In this document: piece by piece, positions 28,001 to 37,800 of the stretch
Position numbering within the stretch: the stretch's first letter is position 1
Layout: each line of letters opens with the position of its first letter
Source of the DNA: an uncultured delta proteobacterium
GTDB lineage: Bacteria > Desulfobacterota > WTBG01 > CAIYCZ01 > CAIRTM01
DNA: 64,000 nucleotides
NCBI GenBank assembly: GCA_903881505.1
Contig: CAIRTM010000011.1
Span: forward strand, 5,612-69,611
Direction: 5' to 3'
Position numbers and translations under genes: made by a program
Notes under the pieces: generated by a model
The model's database searches: none
Told to the model about the DNA's origin: nothing
The model's input: only the letters and a program-made list of their open reading frames with translations

Positions 28001-31000
28001 AACTGCGTTGCCACTGTTGTGGGTGTAGCGCTGTTCTCGGTTGCAAAAACCTTTTGCTCTGCTTTTTGCCACCAGGCATCATCAGCGGACACATACACCG
28101 AAGTGGATGCGGTGATGCGGTCGCCCGATGCAGGCGCAAGCACATTATTGCCATCCACATCAAGCCCGCTCATAACCTGATTGCCGATTTCATCGTATAC
28201 ATACAGGGTGGCAGCCATGCCGGTTGCAGTGGTTTTTACAAGCTGGCCCTTGTTGTTGTAGAAATTCTCAGCTGCTTCCACGGTTCCGCCAAAGCCCGGT
28301 TTTTCAACCCGCACTGTGCGGCCGAGCATGTCGGTCACGGTTTTCTCCCACACCGGGCCGCTCAAATCTTTGGTGTACACGGTGGTGCAGCGCGTGCCGT
28401 CCGGGTTCACGCCGTATTCATAGAAGCGCGCAATGGTACCCGTGCCGCTTACCGACTTGACCTGGCCGTCAAGAAAGCGCTCCGTGATTTCGGTCGCACC
28501 TCCGGGACGGGTGACTGTTGACACGCGCCCGCCAGCAGCATAGCTGTACTTCGTCACCAGGCCGTCAGCTGCCGTGCTGCTCGTGAGCCTCCCTGCCTTG
28601 TCGTAGGCACTCTCTGTTGCAAGGCTCAGGTCTCCCGCGCTTACCGTACTCGTCAAGCGCCTGCCTGATCCATCGTAGGTATAGGCGGTGGTGACCTGGC
28701 CGTGCGCGCCCGGGCGCCTCATGTGCGTTACGCGCTTCATAAAATCATACTCATAGCCCGTCACAATACCGCGCGCATCCGTCTCATCAGTCATGCCGCA
28801 GCAGTCCCAGTTAGCGCTGGTCTCGGTGCCGTCGGAGTTTACCACCCGGATGACATGGCCCTCGTGGTCGTAGGTATTCACCGTCCAGCTCACGCTCTCA
28901 TAGCCGGAACCGGTATACACGAGCGTTTCCTGCATCATGGTGCGGCCAAGCCCGCTTGCGATGGTGTTTTCGCGGATCGTCGTGCCGGCTATGCCCTCAG
29001 GGCTGGTGACGGTTCCGCGGGTCAGCGTGTTCTGCAGGTCACTGCCTGAACCTTCAGCGAAAGTGCCCTTCGATCCGTCGTCCGGCCGGCTGTAGGCGCC
29101 GCGCACATAGCTGTAGCTGTCAAGACGGCCGTCAGAATAGGCAACGCTTCTGAGCCTGCCGGAGTTCACCGTGCCGGTGCCTTTACTGTAATACGTGCGC
29201 GTTGTGCGCTGATTGCCGGAAGCGCCGAAGGATGCGCCGGGACTGGCGGCCTGCTCGACAGTCTCGATCCGGTTGCCGTGCGCATCACGTACATAAGAAT
29301 ACCAGGCCTTCGCAACCACGGTGCCCAGTATCGTCTCTGTTATTGTGCGCGGACGATGGCTGTCTTCGGGCAGGCCGGAGTCCTGCGGATCGATCGGGGT
29401 GTAATCGTAATGCCTGGCGCGCGCTGCACCGGCGCCGGCGCCCGCTGCGGAATCAAGCCATGAGCTTACCTCAACGCTTGTGCGGCCCTGAGCGTCGTAG
29501 CTGTACGTCGTGGCCGAACCGTCGGGCTGCGTCCGGCCGAGCACCCTCCCGGTAGCCGGATCGTACTGCGTGCGGGTGGTGAGGCGGGCAGCATCCGGAT
29601 CAATTGTTTGCTCCACCACGGCCCGGCCCCATGCATACGTGCGGTACAGCGTGCTGGTTTTGGAAGCAACCCGGCCTGAGCGGTCTTTTTCCGTGCGCAC
29701 CTCGGCACGCTCATCGCTGCCAATGTCCGTGGTCTGGACCTCTACCACCTGGTCGCTGTCGCCCTTGATGAGCGTCCAGACATTGGAGCCTTCCGGCTTC
29801 CGGTATTCGTAGCGCTTTGCCGCGTCGCCGCGGTTTTCCGTGATCAGCAGGCTTTCGCACACGTCCTTTGATGCGCTCTGGTTGCGGACAGTCCACTGCG
29901 CGATCGGGCTATATCCGAAGTTGACCTCATAGATACCCTCGTCGTTTTTCTCGCCCCTGGCCGAAGGCGGGTAAAACAGCACCTGGTAGGAATAGTCGTC
30001 AACGGGCAGGATATCCACGAAGGCCTCGGGCGCAACAATTTGGCGCAGCACGTCGCGGCCGTAGAGCTTGTACACATCGTAGATTTCGGAAGAGAACTCC
30101 CCTGACGGCGCATACACGGCCTCAAGGCCTTGTGCCAGGGACTCAAGGCCCAAAGCCGCCTCGGTGTGATCGCCGACGGCATCCGGGCTTTTGGGCTTCG
30201 CTGCATCGGGGCGGAGCCTGTCAGACTGAATGAACAGCGACCCGGCGCTCATGCCGCCCGCGGCCTTGCCCAGACTGATTTTGAAATCAATGCCCTGGTT
30301 CAGGTCGATATTCTTCAGCGCACACGCCGGGCAGCCGGATTTTTGCGCGCAGGATTCGCACCCCACGGCAATGCTGCGGGTGATTTCGCAGGCCGGGCTT
30401 TTAACATCCTTTACGTTCAGCACAATAAACCCGCCGCCGCCCTCAAGCCGGGTGCTCTCATCTATGGACAGCCAGCAGCTGGTTCCCTCCTGGGCTATGA
30501 TGCTGCCCAGAATGCCGGGGCTGGTCCTCTCGTTATCGATCTGCCACTCAAGCTCCATGCCCTCGTAGGGCTCCTCGGCGCGCACTTCAACCGTTGATCC
30601 CGGCATCAGCGGATAGGCGCTTTGGTCGTCCTGTGCGTCAATATAGACGTTCTTCAGCCTGCACGGGGCTGCGATGAAGGTGCCCGTGGTGCGCACCTCG
30701 CGGCCCTCGGGAGATGTGATCAAGAGCGTTATGGGGATTTCATCGCCCGGCACAAGGTTTTTCTCATTTTTCATGCGGAAGGTAAAATACCCCTCGCCAA
30801 GGGTGCCGGCCGTGGGCACGGGGTCGCCCACAAGCTCGAAGTCCGGGTGGGTCGAGCTGATCGCGGGCGTTTTGCCGCTCACCCCGAACCCGTTCAGATT
30901 GATCAGCGCGTACTTGACCGTGCGCTCGCCCTTGTCGATCGATGGAAAGTAGCGGTTTTCCCAGTTGTACTTCCCGTTTTCATAGTCGATATAGAGTATC

Positions 31001-34000
31001 CAGGTATTGTTCATGAACTCGTTCAGGCTGTCACGGGCCTGGTACATGGCGCCGATCTGACCCATGGCTCCCGCCAGGGTGAACCCGATACCGCCCATAC
31101 CCATTGACTGAATCCGGGCCAGCTGCAGCGCCATGACATTCTGCGCTATGCCGCGGATCAATGTATTGACGGGAACATTGCCGTCGCGGATCGAATCTGA
31201 ATTGGTTATGAGGGCTGCTGCAGCGTCGGCAAGCACGCCTGCAACCTGCAGCCAGTCGCTGTATTGAGGATCGACAAAATCCCGGTTCCACTTGGCGATC
31301 TCTTCGACAATCTGGCCGCCGCCGATGACGTACGGATCGGCGCCCTTGAGGCTGATGAAATAGCCCATGCGAAAGGGCCCCATGGGATTGCCCGGCGGCG
31401 TTGTCGATATGATGCCCACGCCGGTGAAGGTGCCGACATCAATGCGCTGGGAGGGCACAAGCACGTTCTGCCCATAGTCCGTGAGCTCGCGGCTGACGAT
31501 TTCAAGGTCTTCGGGCTCAAGCTGCAAAGGGGACAGATCAAAGCTTCCCATGTCCTGCGTGAACTGATACAGCGGCACATTTCTACCCACGGCCTCGGCC
31601 ACAAGCTTCACCGCCGAGACGGACTCCTGCCGGAAGAGCTGCTGCAGCACCAGGTGCTCGAACACCGAGCCCTGCATGCCCTCGGTGCGCAGGAAGGCAT
31701 CTCTCAGCTGCCAGTCGGCATCCTGCGGCACTGTCTGGACCCGCTCGGAGACATCGACACGGATATTGGTCTCGGTGACGCGCACGGGCCATACGTCGAA
31801 CAGGTAGGACACCTTCAGGTGCCGTGCAATGCGTATATCGGAAGGGTTGCGGTACCAGCGCACGCCCAGCTGCCGGGCGATCAGGTCGGCATGCGTGTCG
31901 AGCTGGTAAAAATAGGAGCTGCCGGTGATGTGCAGCTGCTCGCCCAGCAGCCGGTCCAGCTCGCTTGTGCGCTCGCCCAAGGCTTCGTTAAAACGCGCGA
32001 GCGCCGCGGTGATGTTTTCAGAACTGGCGCGGCCCAGGCCCAGCACAATCGCGGTGTGGTCGCCGACCGTGGTGACGTAATCGCTTGTGCGGGACGGGTT
32101 CTTGACGTCCTCGCCCGGCCGTACGATTGCTACGCGCAGGGTCTCCTCGAGTCCCATGGATATCTCGGCGTCCTTGCCCGTGTTCTCCGCCACCAGACGG
32201 CCGTTCAGGCGCAGCTGCGGACGCATGTAGATCATGTACAGGGGCGTTTCCAGAAATGTGCCCGTGTATTCGGCCAGGGTTTCGTAGTCTGCGCTCGTCG
32301 AGGGCACGTAGGACAGCACCAGGCGCTGGCCCGCCACCTGTGAGGTGGGCGCGCGAAAGTCGATTTCAAGAGTTTCAAGCTCGATGTCCAGGTCAACGCC
32401 CCAGTAGGAAAGCTGCACACTCACCTGATGGTGCTCTTCAAGGGGCACGGAGCTGTAGGTCCGGTACTGCGACTGGTCGGTCTCAAAGGGCAGCGTTATC
32501 GGCAGGATCGGGAATGTCTCCTTCGCCACCTCGTCATAGCCGTAAAAATCACGCAGCGTCATGTCCGGATGGTCATCGAGAAAGTCCTGCAGCCTTGCCT
32601 GGTAGTCTGCCGTGGATGCTGTCATGAACTCCTGGAACGATTCGGTATCGATATCAACCAGGCCGCTGTCGGCGATGTTGCTGAACTGATCGAGGCTCTG
32701 GATGAACTGCTCTGCATCGAAACCAAGGCCCTGTTCATTGACCGCCCCCGCAGTGCTGCGGTACTGCTTGAAGGCCGGGGCAAGGGGCACCCACAGCTTG
32801 TGCCTCTCGCTCTCAGCGGTGCCGCGGTAGTCGGCATAGGGAAGGTAGACCTCGACACAGGTGTGCAGGAATGAAGACTGCGCGATCGTTGAGCCGCGGT
32901 AGAGGTCCTCGACATCTTTGATGTCGCCGGTCGCCAGGTAATAGCCCACCATCGCCGGCGACTTCAATCCAAGCCACTGCATTGCGCGGTTGATGTCTAC
33001 GATTGCGCGGACCTCGGCGTAGCGGGCCGGATAGCCTGAATAGCGCAAAAGTGCTATCAGCAGCGAGGCGGTATCAACATCGTTGCCGCAGCCCTCGGCG
33101 AGCGTCTGCGCGGCCCCTTTGAGGCTGCCCCGGTAGGGCTGAAAGTCGATAGTGTTCTTGACCCACTCGTATATCCGTATGGGGTTTTTGCCAAGACTGT
33201 CGGCAAGCGCCTTGATGGGCGCGGCAAATACCACATCCCCCAGCTCATCCTCGAGCAGATCGGCGGCAGCCGGAGGCGCAACTGCGGCAATCGTCGCCCG
33301 GCTGAGAAGGCCCTGAACCGAAGAAACAGAGGCAACATGAATCGGCCGCGCGCGCCGGGGCAGATCCAGGTCCCAGGCCGCAACAGGGGAAAGCAGCGGC
33401 TGTGAAGGCTGCCCGGCGGACAGGGAGTCTTTGGAATTGAATTTCACCATTTTGAAGACGCCGTTTTCTGCCAGCAGGCCGAAGCCGGGGCGGGGCATGT
33501 TGAGCTCGCCTGTCTCGGCCGCAGTCAGTTCACGGCCCTTGGGCCTTACAATCTCTGAGGAGGTTTTGCTTTTGCGGGCGTTGCGGCCTAGTGCGGAAGA
33601 ACGCTCCATGGCCTCGATACGCTTCTTGCGGCCGCCCAGCAGGCCCCGCTCGATCATACCGTTAATGTCGCCGCGCCTGGTGCAGTCTGACAGGGCTGCA
33701 AAGCGTTTCTTCAGGGCGGCTGCCTGCGCCCGGTGGCGCTCAACAAAAACATCATCGGCTCCGTTCTCAAGGAGCTCCTGCTCCATCAGCGCAAGCAACC
33801 TGTCGAGCTCGCCGGTGCGGCCGGCAAAGCGCTCTGCGCTTTTCAAAAACGCTGCCAGGGCTTTTTCAGTGCGGCGTGACTGCATATCTTCAAATTTCCG
33901 GTCGAGCTGCTGCATGTGGCTCGACATCTCACTCCCCAGCTGCTCGAAACGCTCATACGTGCCGGGGTTGAACAAACTCTGGGCACCCGGCGCCGGAACA

Positions 34001-34053
34001 AAAAACAGACAACCTGCAAGAAGGGCACCTGTAAGCAGAGACAGCTTTTTCAT
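25012..34053 (-). CDS. Rhs/YD-repeat polymorphic toxin (3013 aa). Signal peptide, transglutaminase-like core, long YD-repeat shell, RHS core, and a C-terminal alpha/beta-hydrolase (lipase/PGAP1-like, Tle-like) toxin domain.
   Basis: N-terminal MKKLSLLTGALLAGCLFFVPAPGA. Transglutaminase-like core GCGNDVDTASLLIALLRYSGYPARY. Dozens of YDxxGR YD repeats. RHS core ending YRYYSPVLGRWLNRDPMGE...DPLGD. C-terminus VVVLVHG...IIAHSQGT (GxSxG nucleophile elbow). GC content falls over the last ~900 bp. Confidence 0.9.
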   Translation of the reverse strand: MKKLSLLTGALLAGCLFFVPAPGAQSLFNPGTYERFEQLGSEMSSHMQQLDRKFEDMQSRRTEKALAAFLKSAERFAGRTGELDRLLALMEQELLENGADDVFVERHRAQAAALKKRFAALSDCTRRGDINGMIERGLLGGRKKRIEAMERSSALGRNARKSKTSSEIVRPKGRELTAAETGELNMPRPGFGLLAENGVFKMVKFNSKDSLSAGQPSQPLLSPVAAWDLDLPRRARPIHVASVSSVQGLLSRATIAAVAPPAAADLLEDELGDVVFAAPIKALADSLGKNPIRIYEWVKNTIDFQPYRGSLKGAAQTLAEGCGNDVDTASLLIALLRYSGYPARYAEVRAIVDINRAMQWLGLKSPAMVGYYLATGDIKDVEDLYRGSTIAQSSFLHTCVEVYLPYADYRGTAESERHKLWVPLAPAFKQYRSTAGAVNEQGLGFDAEQFIQSLDQFSNIADSGLVDIDTESFQEFMTASTADYQARLQDFLDDHPDMTLRDFYGYDEVAKETFPILPITLPFETDQSQYRTYSSVPLEEHHQVSVQLSYWGVDLDIELETLEIDFRAPTSQVAGQRLVLSYVPSTSADYETLAEYTGTFLETPLYMIYMRPQLRLNGRLVAENTGKDAEISMGLEETLRVAIVRPGEDVKNPSRTSDYVTTVGDHTAIVLGLGRASSENITAALARFNEALGERTSELDRLLGEQLHITGSSYFYQLDTHADLIARQLGVRWYRNPSDIRIARHLKVSYLFDVWPVRVTETNIRVDVSERVQTVPQDADWQLRDAFLRTEGMQGSVFEHLVLQQLFRQESVSAVKLVAEAVGRNVPLYQFTQDMGSFDLSPLQLEPEDLEIVSRELTDYGQNVLVPSQRIDVGTFTGVGIISTTPPGNPMGPFRMGYFISLKGADPYVIGGGQIVEEIAKWNRDFVDPQYSDWLQVAGVLADAAAALITNSDSIRDGNVPVNTLIRGIAQNVMALQLARIQSMGMGGIGFTLAGAMGQIGAMYQARDSLNEFMNNTWILYIDYENGKYNWENRYFPSIDKGERTVKYALINLNGFGVSGKTPAISSTHPDFELVGDPVPTAGTLGEGYFTFRMKNEKNLVPGDEIPITLLITSPEGREVRTTGTFIAAPCRLKNVYIDAQDDQSAYPLMPGSTVEVRAEEPYEGMELEWQIDNERTSPGILGSIIAQEGTSCWLSIDESTRLEGGGGFIVLNVKDVKSPACEITRSIAVGCESCAQKSGCPACALKNIDLNQGIDFKISLGKAAGGMSAGSLFIQSDRLRPDAAKPKSPDAVGDHTEAALGLESLAQGLEAVYAPSGEFSSEIYDVYKLYGRDVLRQIVAPEAFVDILPVDDYSYQVLFYPPSARGEKNDEGIYEVNFGYSPIAQWTVRNQSASKDVCESLLITENRGDAAKRYEYRKPEGSNVWTLIKGDSDQVVEVQTTDIGSDERAEVRTEKDRSGRVASKTSTLYRTYAWGRAVVEQTIDPDAARLTTRTQYDPATGRVLGRTQPDGSATTYSYDAQGRTSVEVSSWLDSAAGAGAGAARARHYDYTPIDPQDSGLPEDSHRPRTITETILGTVVAKAWYSYVRDAHGNRIETVEQAASPGASFGASGNQRTTRTYYSKGTGTVNSGRLRSVAYSDGRLDSYSYVRGAYSRPDDGSKGTFAEGSGSDLQNTLTRGTVTSPEGIAGTTIRENTIASGLGRTMMQETLVYTGSGYESVSWTVNTYDHEGHVIRVVNSDGTETSANWDCCGMTDETDARGIVTGYEYDFMKRVTHMRRPGAHGQVTTAYTYDGSGRRLTSTVSAGDLSLATESAYDKAGRLTSSTAADGLVTKYSYAAGGRVSTVTRPGGATEITERFLDGQVKSVSGTGTIARFYEYGVNPDGTRCTTVYTKDLSGPVWEKTVTDMLGRTVRVEKPGFGGTVEAAENFYNNKGQLVKTTATGMAATLYVYDEIGNQVMSGLDVDGNNVLAPASGDRITASTSVYVSADDAWWQKAEQKVFATENSATPTTVATQLSRFTGLGSGGLVSENVSIDTLGNRVVSRSVINRAAGTETATVDYPDSTIDAVSFSVNGLLMSSTGKSGVTLTYAYDDLGRRVGLTDPRTGRSTTGYTSHGRVAWVQDAAGNRTLYNYNSATGEKISETNPDNTTVRYSYNNQGQITRQWGSATYPVSYEYDGYGRLARMLTYREGAGFDGETFPAGASGDETLWIYDEATGLLKAKQDAEGKQVAYTYASGGRLASRTWAREGGTIVTSYNYDPATGELAAIDYSDATPDVQFSYDRLGRQKTVSDAAGSRTFAYNSALQLETETMTGLMNETITRDYDGLGRSSGFSLGAGYDITYAYDPTGRFINVGWTGDSLSGNAVYSYVPNSHLLQSTTTDRGLITTYSYEPNRNVRTNIENAYNAQIISNYAYAYDSMGRRTSVKNSGAAFDRAAFNLYGYNSRSELTGSQSYIGTDTGDTTTPVNAEARTFAYDNIGNRESAIEALTKQITYDPNPLNQYTQITTNAGAPVTDDLHYDEDGNLVAGSVAGAVRTALTYDAENRLISVEPQTPAPGTRKVAFTYDYMSRRVQKQVFDYNADSWSAASDTRFLYDGWNLICEVSIPTSNPGLQTSVLYVWGLDLSGTLQGAGGIGGLLTRISDNAHYYTCDANGNVGQLVDTDGIIAAHYEYDPFGNTINSNGLLAEANPYRFSTKYLEAETGLYYYGYRYYSPVLGRWLNRDPMGEAGGVNLYNFVFNNTNDCIDPLGDVVVLVHGVNTDAAWFSTAEKGLKAYWNSTGQNIQEIIPFKWGDPSTSFGLSRKQGGQPNYATDSVAGMRDSNRKYMMVSVDRLKRILNLLNSIKEKEKSCEPISIIAHSQGTIISLAALQGGSKVDTFIMMGSPLDVLPFNSETNDLLKALSQIRGKTYNYWSPNDEWAWFKGGIGAKGDEIAKIQELGWITNRKFAPDETMGKYILPHDKPFDEYNHSDYMLSADFFTNIHGPDLAPAPDIIVSKNPAINQIKAMGSIW

Positions 34054-34823
34054 TAAAGAGCTCCTTTAGTGCGGTGATGGTCGTTTGTGGACGAAGTAGG
34101 CGTTGTGGACACTGTGGACTCAGTTGACCGGCACCGGGAGCGCACGCGGTAGAGGCGCTCGGTGAAACCGCCTTCATTTTCAAAGGCCTGTGCAAGGGAA
34201 GCGAGCTGACGGTCAAGCAGCGCACAGGCAACGGCCACAAGCGCAAGAGCGCCGTTGGCGGCTATTTCGGGAAAACCGGGAGTGGACATGGTGGACGATG
34301 TGGACGGCGTGGACGAAAAACCTTTATTAATATTTTTTTCAAAATGTCCACTGCGTCCACATCGTCCACTTGGTCCACTGTTGTACACCTCCCGCACCCA
34401 GTGCGCAAACTCATCGGCCGTTGTGCAGCGCCGGTCAACCAGGGCCTGCCTGCGCGCGTCCCCGCGCTGCCAGAGGGGCAGGCCCCGCTGGCGCAGAAAA
34501 TCCTCATAATCGACCCGGAGTTCCTCAAGGCTTGCGCGTGCGACACTGGTGAGCCGCAGCTCGGTTTTTTTCGAAGTGCCGGATGCCTGGCTGCCCTCGG
34601 CGATATTTTGCACGCCTGAGCGCGCAGCCTGCACCATCTGGTCGCGCGTTCGGCTGCGCCGGTCGACATAGCGCTCGCAGAAGCGCACGGTCACGTCATG
34701 CACGAGACGGGCGACTTGAAAGCTTTTCAGCCCGCGGTAGCCGCCGTGTTTTGGTATAAGCTTTTCAGTCATTCTGGGGCTCGCATTCAGGCAGTGTGCC
34801 GATGAACGGTTCATGGCCGACAT
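34053..34823 (-). CDS. Four-helix-bundle protein (TIGR02436 / 23S rRNA intervening-sequence protein family, DGR Avd-like fold). The 3-prime third overlaps the repeat/palindrome region.
   Basis: The likely start is MTEKLIPKHGG. It overlaps the upstream stop as ATGACTGA. Family motifs QMVQAARSGVQNIAEGS and LTSVARASLEEL. The ORF then reads through the GTGGAC arrays as STPSTSSTMST. Whether the downstream ~380 bp is coding is uncertain. Confidence 0.65.
   Translation of the reverse strand: MSAMNRSSAHCLNASPRMTEKLIPKHGGYRGLKSFQVARLVHDVTVRFCERYVDRRSRTRDQMVQAARSGVQNIAEGSQASGTSKKTELRLTSVARASLEELRVDYEDFLRQRGLPLWQRGDARRQALVDRRCTTADEFAHWVREVYNSGPSGRCGRSGHFEKNINKGFSSTPSTSSTMSTPGFPEIAANGALALVAVACALLDRQLASLAQAFENEGGFTERLYRVRSRCRSTESTVSTTPTSSTNDHHRTKGAL
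34084..34381. repeat. Arrays of head-to-tail 9-bp TGTGGACNN repeats (resembling high-GC DnaA boxes), arranged as a ~37-bp-arm palindrome around a 27-bp AT-rich core, plus a third array
   Basis: 34279..34316 GTGGACATGGTGGACGATGTGGACGGCGTGGACG. AT core AAAAACCTTTATTAATATTTTTTTCAAAA. 34344..34381 TCCACTGCGTCCACATCGTCCACTTGGTCCAC (inverted). 34084..34128 TGTGGACGAAGTAGGCGTTGTGGACACTGTGGACTCAGTTGACC. Confidence 0.6.
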
Positions 34824-37800
34824 TCATGGAGCCCTGCCATGACTTGACGATAACTGTGCCTGAAATAATGCCGCTGTTGTTTGTCAGTTCAGCCAGCGGC
34901 GCAAGCACACTGCCATTCAATGCCACTGCCGTACAGTCAAAGGACGTCGCCTCAAAAAAATTAAAAAGAATATAGCCGCGCATCCAGCCCGGAACAGCCA
35001 TGCCGATATGCGAAACTTCCGTATGCTCGCCACTGATATTTATGATAACCGTTGCGTTTCGCGGGATATCGCTCAGGTGCAGGCTGCTGGCGCTTCGCAG
35101 CTGCTGAGCGCTGATGTTGAATATCTGGACGGGGTTTGTGCCGCTGCCGCGCAGGGTCAAAACAGCGGCACAGGTTGATGCGGTTCCGGTGGGCGCAAGG
35201 CCGCCAAGACGCGTTGAGAGCAGGCGAAAGCGCGATGATTCCTGCTCGAAGCCAAAGGGTAGCTCTGCATTGCCGGCAACCGTTGCGCCCCGAGCCATTG
35301 TGCGGCGCACCATGCAGGACACACCGTCAACACTGCCGGAGGCGACGATGCTGCCCCGGTGGACCACGCCGATTCCGTACTCAATGTCGCCGCCGGAGAC
35401 AAGAACGCCACGCTCCGGAGCGCCGTGCGGCACATATGTGCCCATAACGACATTCTCAAGCTCGACATCACCGGCCGCGGCAACACGACCCGAAACGGTT
35501 GCATGCTGCGATGCCAATGGGCCAAGCGAAAAAATGCTGTAGTCCTGCGCAACGCCCAGACTATCGACACACTCAACCGGCTGATTGGGTATGGTAATCG
35601 CGCAGGTGTCGGGAATGCTGTCGAGCTCTCCGTCATTGACGATGAGCTGTATAATATAGGCACCGGCTTTATCGGCTGTAAAGACCGGGTCGGGCAGCGT
35701 GCTGTCATTGAGCACGGCCGTGCTGCCTTCAGGCGCGTTTACTATCGCCCACTGGTACGTAAGCGGGTCGGCATCGGGGTCATGGCTGGCTGAAGCGTCA
35801 AGACGCACAGCATCGCCTTCATTCACTTCACGGTCAGGACCGGCATCGGCAAGCGGGCGGCGGTTGCGCGTTGTGACCTCCAGTTCAACAGGATCGCTTG
35901 CATACTCAAAATCGCGTACAACGAGCTGCAGCCGGTACACACCCGCCATGTCAGCTTGGAAAACAGGATCGGAAGCAAAACGATCGGACAGTTCAGCCGC
36001 GCTGCCTTCGGGCCGGGCGGCCAAGGTCCACTCATACTGCACGATCGTATCGTTGTCGGGATCATAGCTTGCGGATGCTTCAAGCTGCACCGTTTCACCG
36101 ACCTCGATGAGCAGGCTTTCACCGGCGACCGCAAGCGGCGGGCGGTTTTCGGTGGTGACGAGCACGCTGTCGCTGCGGCTCCGGCACATGCCGTCAGAAA
36201 CGCTCAGGCGCAGCTCATACGCGCCGTGCCGATCCGGCAGCAGCGTCGGATTATAGATATCAGAACCGGCAAGCCGGGTGATGCTTCCCTCCGGGGACGC
36301 AGCCAGAGCCCAGCTATAGCTGATGCTGTCGCCGTCAGCATCGTAACTGCCGGAGCCGTCCAAGCGGGCAAAATCACCAACATGTACCAGGATATTTTCA
36401 CCGGCAACGGCAACCGGACAGCGGTTAATAATGCCCAGCGGGGCGAATGCAAGGTTGTGAGCGGTACCGTCAATCATGGTGGACAATATAATCACATAGT
36501 CGCCGCAGGCCAGACCTGCGCTCTCCAGCACGCTCGTGCCGCTGCAGTCGTTACCATCAAACATGCAGGTGGTTTCGAAAACCGTTGTCTCCTGCCGCGT
36601 GGAGGTGTTAACAGCCCTGGAAACCAATGCAGTTTCATCGAGTGCGGTATTACCGCTGTTGGTAACGCCATAGTTCAGCGCAACATCCTGCCCGCGATGC
36701 ACCTGTGCTGGCTCTGCGGTAAGAAAGGCGCCCAGCCCCCTGCCGCCGTCCGCGCTGGGTGCAATGGTGAAATGCGTTCTGTCCGATGCAACCGGGGTAC
36801 CGTCCTGCTCAACGCTCAGGTTCAGCGTGTAGAGGCCGGGGGCATGTCGCGCCGTATTCCAGGCCTGCTCCCAGGAGCGGCCTGCAAGCGGCGGCAGCAC
36901 CCCAACAGCATGCTCATCGGTATAGAGAACGTCACCTCTGGGGCTGAGCAGCTCGACAAAAGCGCTCAGGCCGCTAAATGCATAATTGGGCGAAAAGCTC
37001 TGCAGCACACTGCTGATGCGCACCTGCGCATGATCATAATAGAGCCTGCGCTCCGTGCTGACATCGGCGCCGACCGTCCGATCAGCCAGGATCACAAAGG
37101 GGGCAGCTGCCGCGGCGCGGCGCTGACCGTCTTCAAACAGGGTGGCCGCAACACTCAACTGCCCGGCCGGCGCGCTGCCCGTATTCCATACAAAGTCATC
37201 TATAACCACGGTGCCGCCGGGCGGCAGCACAACGATACGTCCTTTCGCAGGCTCGGCGGCGACCGTTCCGTTACTGTCAAGCATTGCCACGTCAAGAAGT
37301 ACGGTCCGTTCGACGGGAGAACTGTTGGTTATACGGGCTGTAATGACAACATCCTCGTCATATCCATACTGATCGCGGTCAAGGTTCAGCTCGAGCGCAA
37401 GTCCGCTGGGCACAACACGGATCAGGGCACTTCCTGTGTTGTTGTTCTCATTCTGTTCCCTGATCATGCCTTGGGGATCGGACTGCACGATGATGCGGCG
37501 CTCGCCCGTGCGCCCGGCTGTGTCAAACAGAGCGCTTGCCGTGCGGCTCCCGCCATGCGGCACGATCTCATGGATGATGCGCTCCGCGATCAGTTTTTCA
37601 GCCGCGACCTCGCTGTCGTAGAAATGCACCGTGACGCCGTCGACATCCGCTCCGAGGTTTCGCACCGCAGCCGACACGCTTACCAGCGCGCCTTCAACCG
37701 GAGATGCGTCTGCAAAGCTGATATCCGTATCGCGCACCTCAAGGTCGCTCAGGCTGCGGGGCACGACATCGATAGGTCGAACAGCACTGTTGTTGACCCG

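Noticed and set aside
34084-34381. CRISPR array or chromosomal oriC, as explanations for the GTGGAC repeat arrays
   Set aside because: The repeat unit is only 9 bp and has no unique spacers, so it is not a CRISPR array. There is no dnaA, dnaN, rpmH or gyrB context, and it lies inside a toxin island. It is therefore unlikely to be the chromosomal origin, although DnaA-box likeness is kept as a finding.
34053-34823. A complete diversity-generating retroelement, suggested by the Avd-like four-helix-bundle gene
   Set aside because: The window holds no reverse-transcriptase gene and no long near-identical template/variable repeat pair. The only repeats nearby are 9-bp GTGGAC units.
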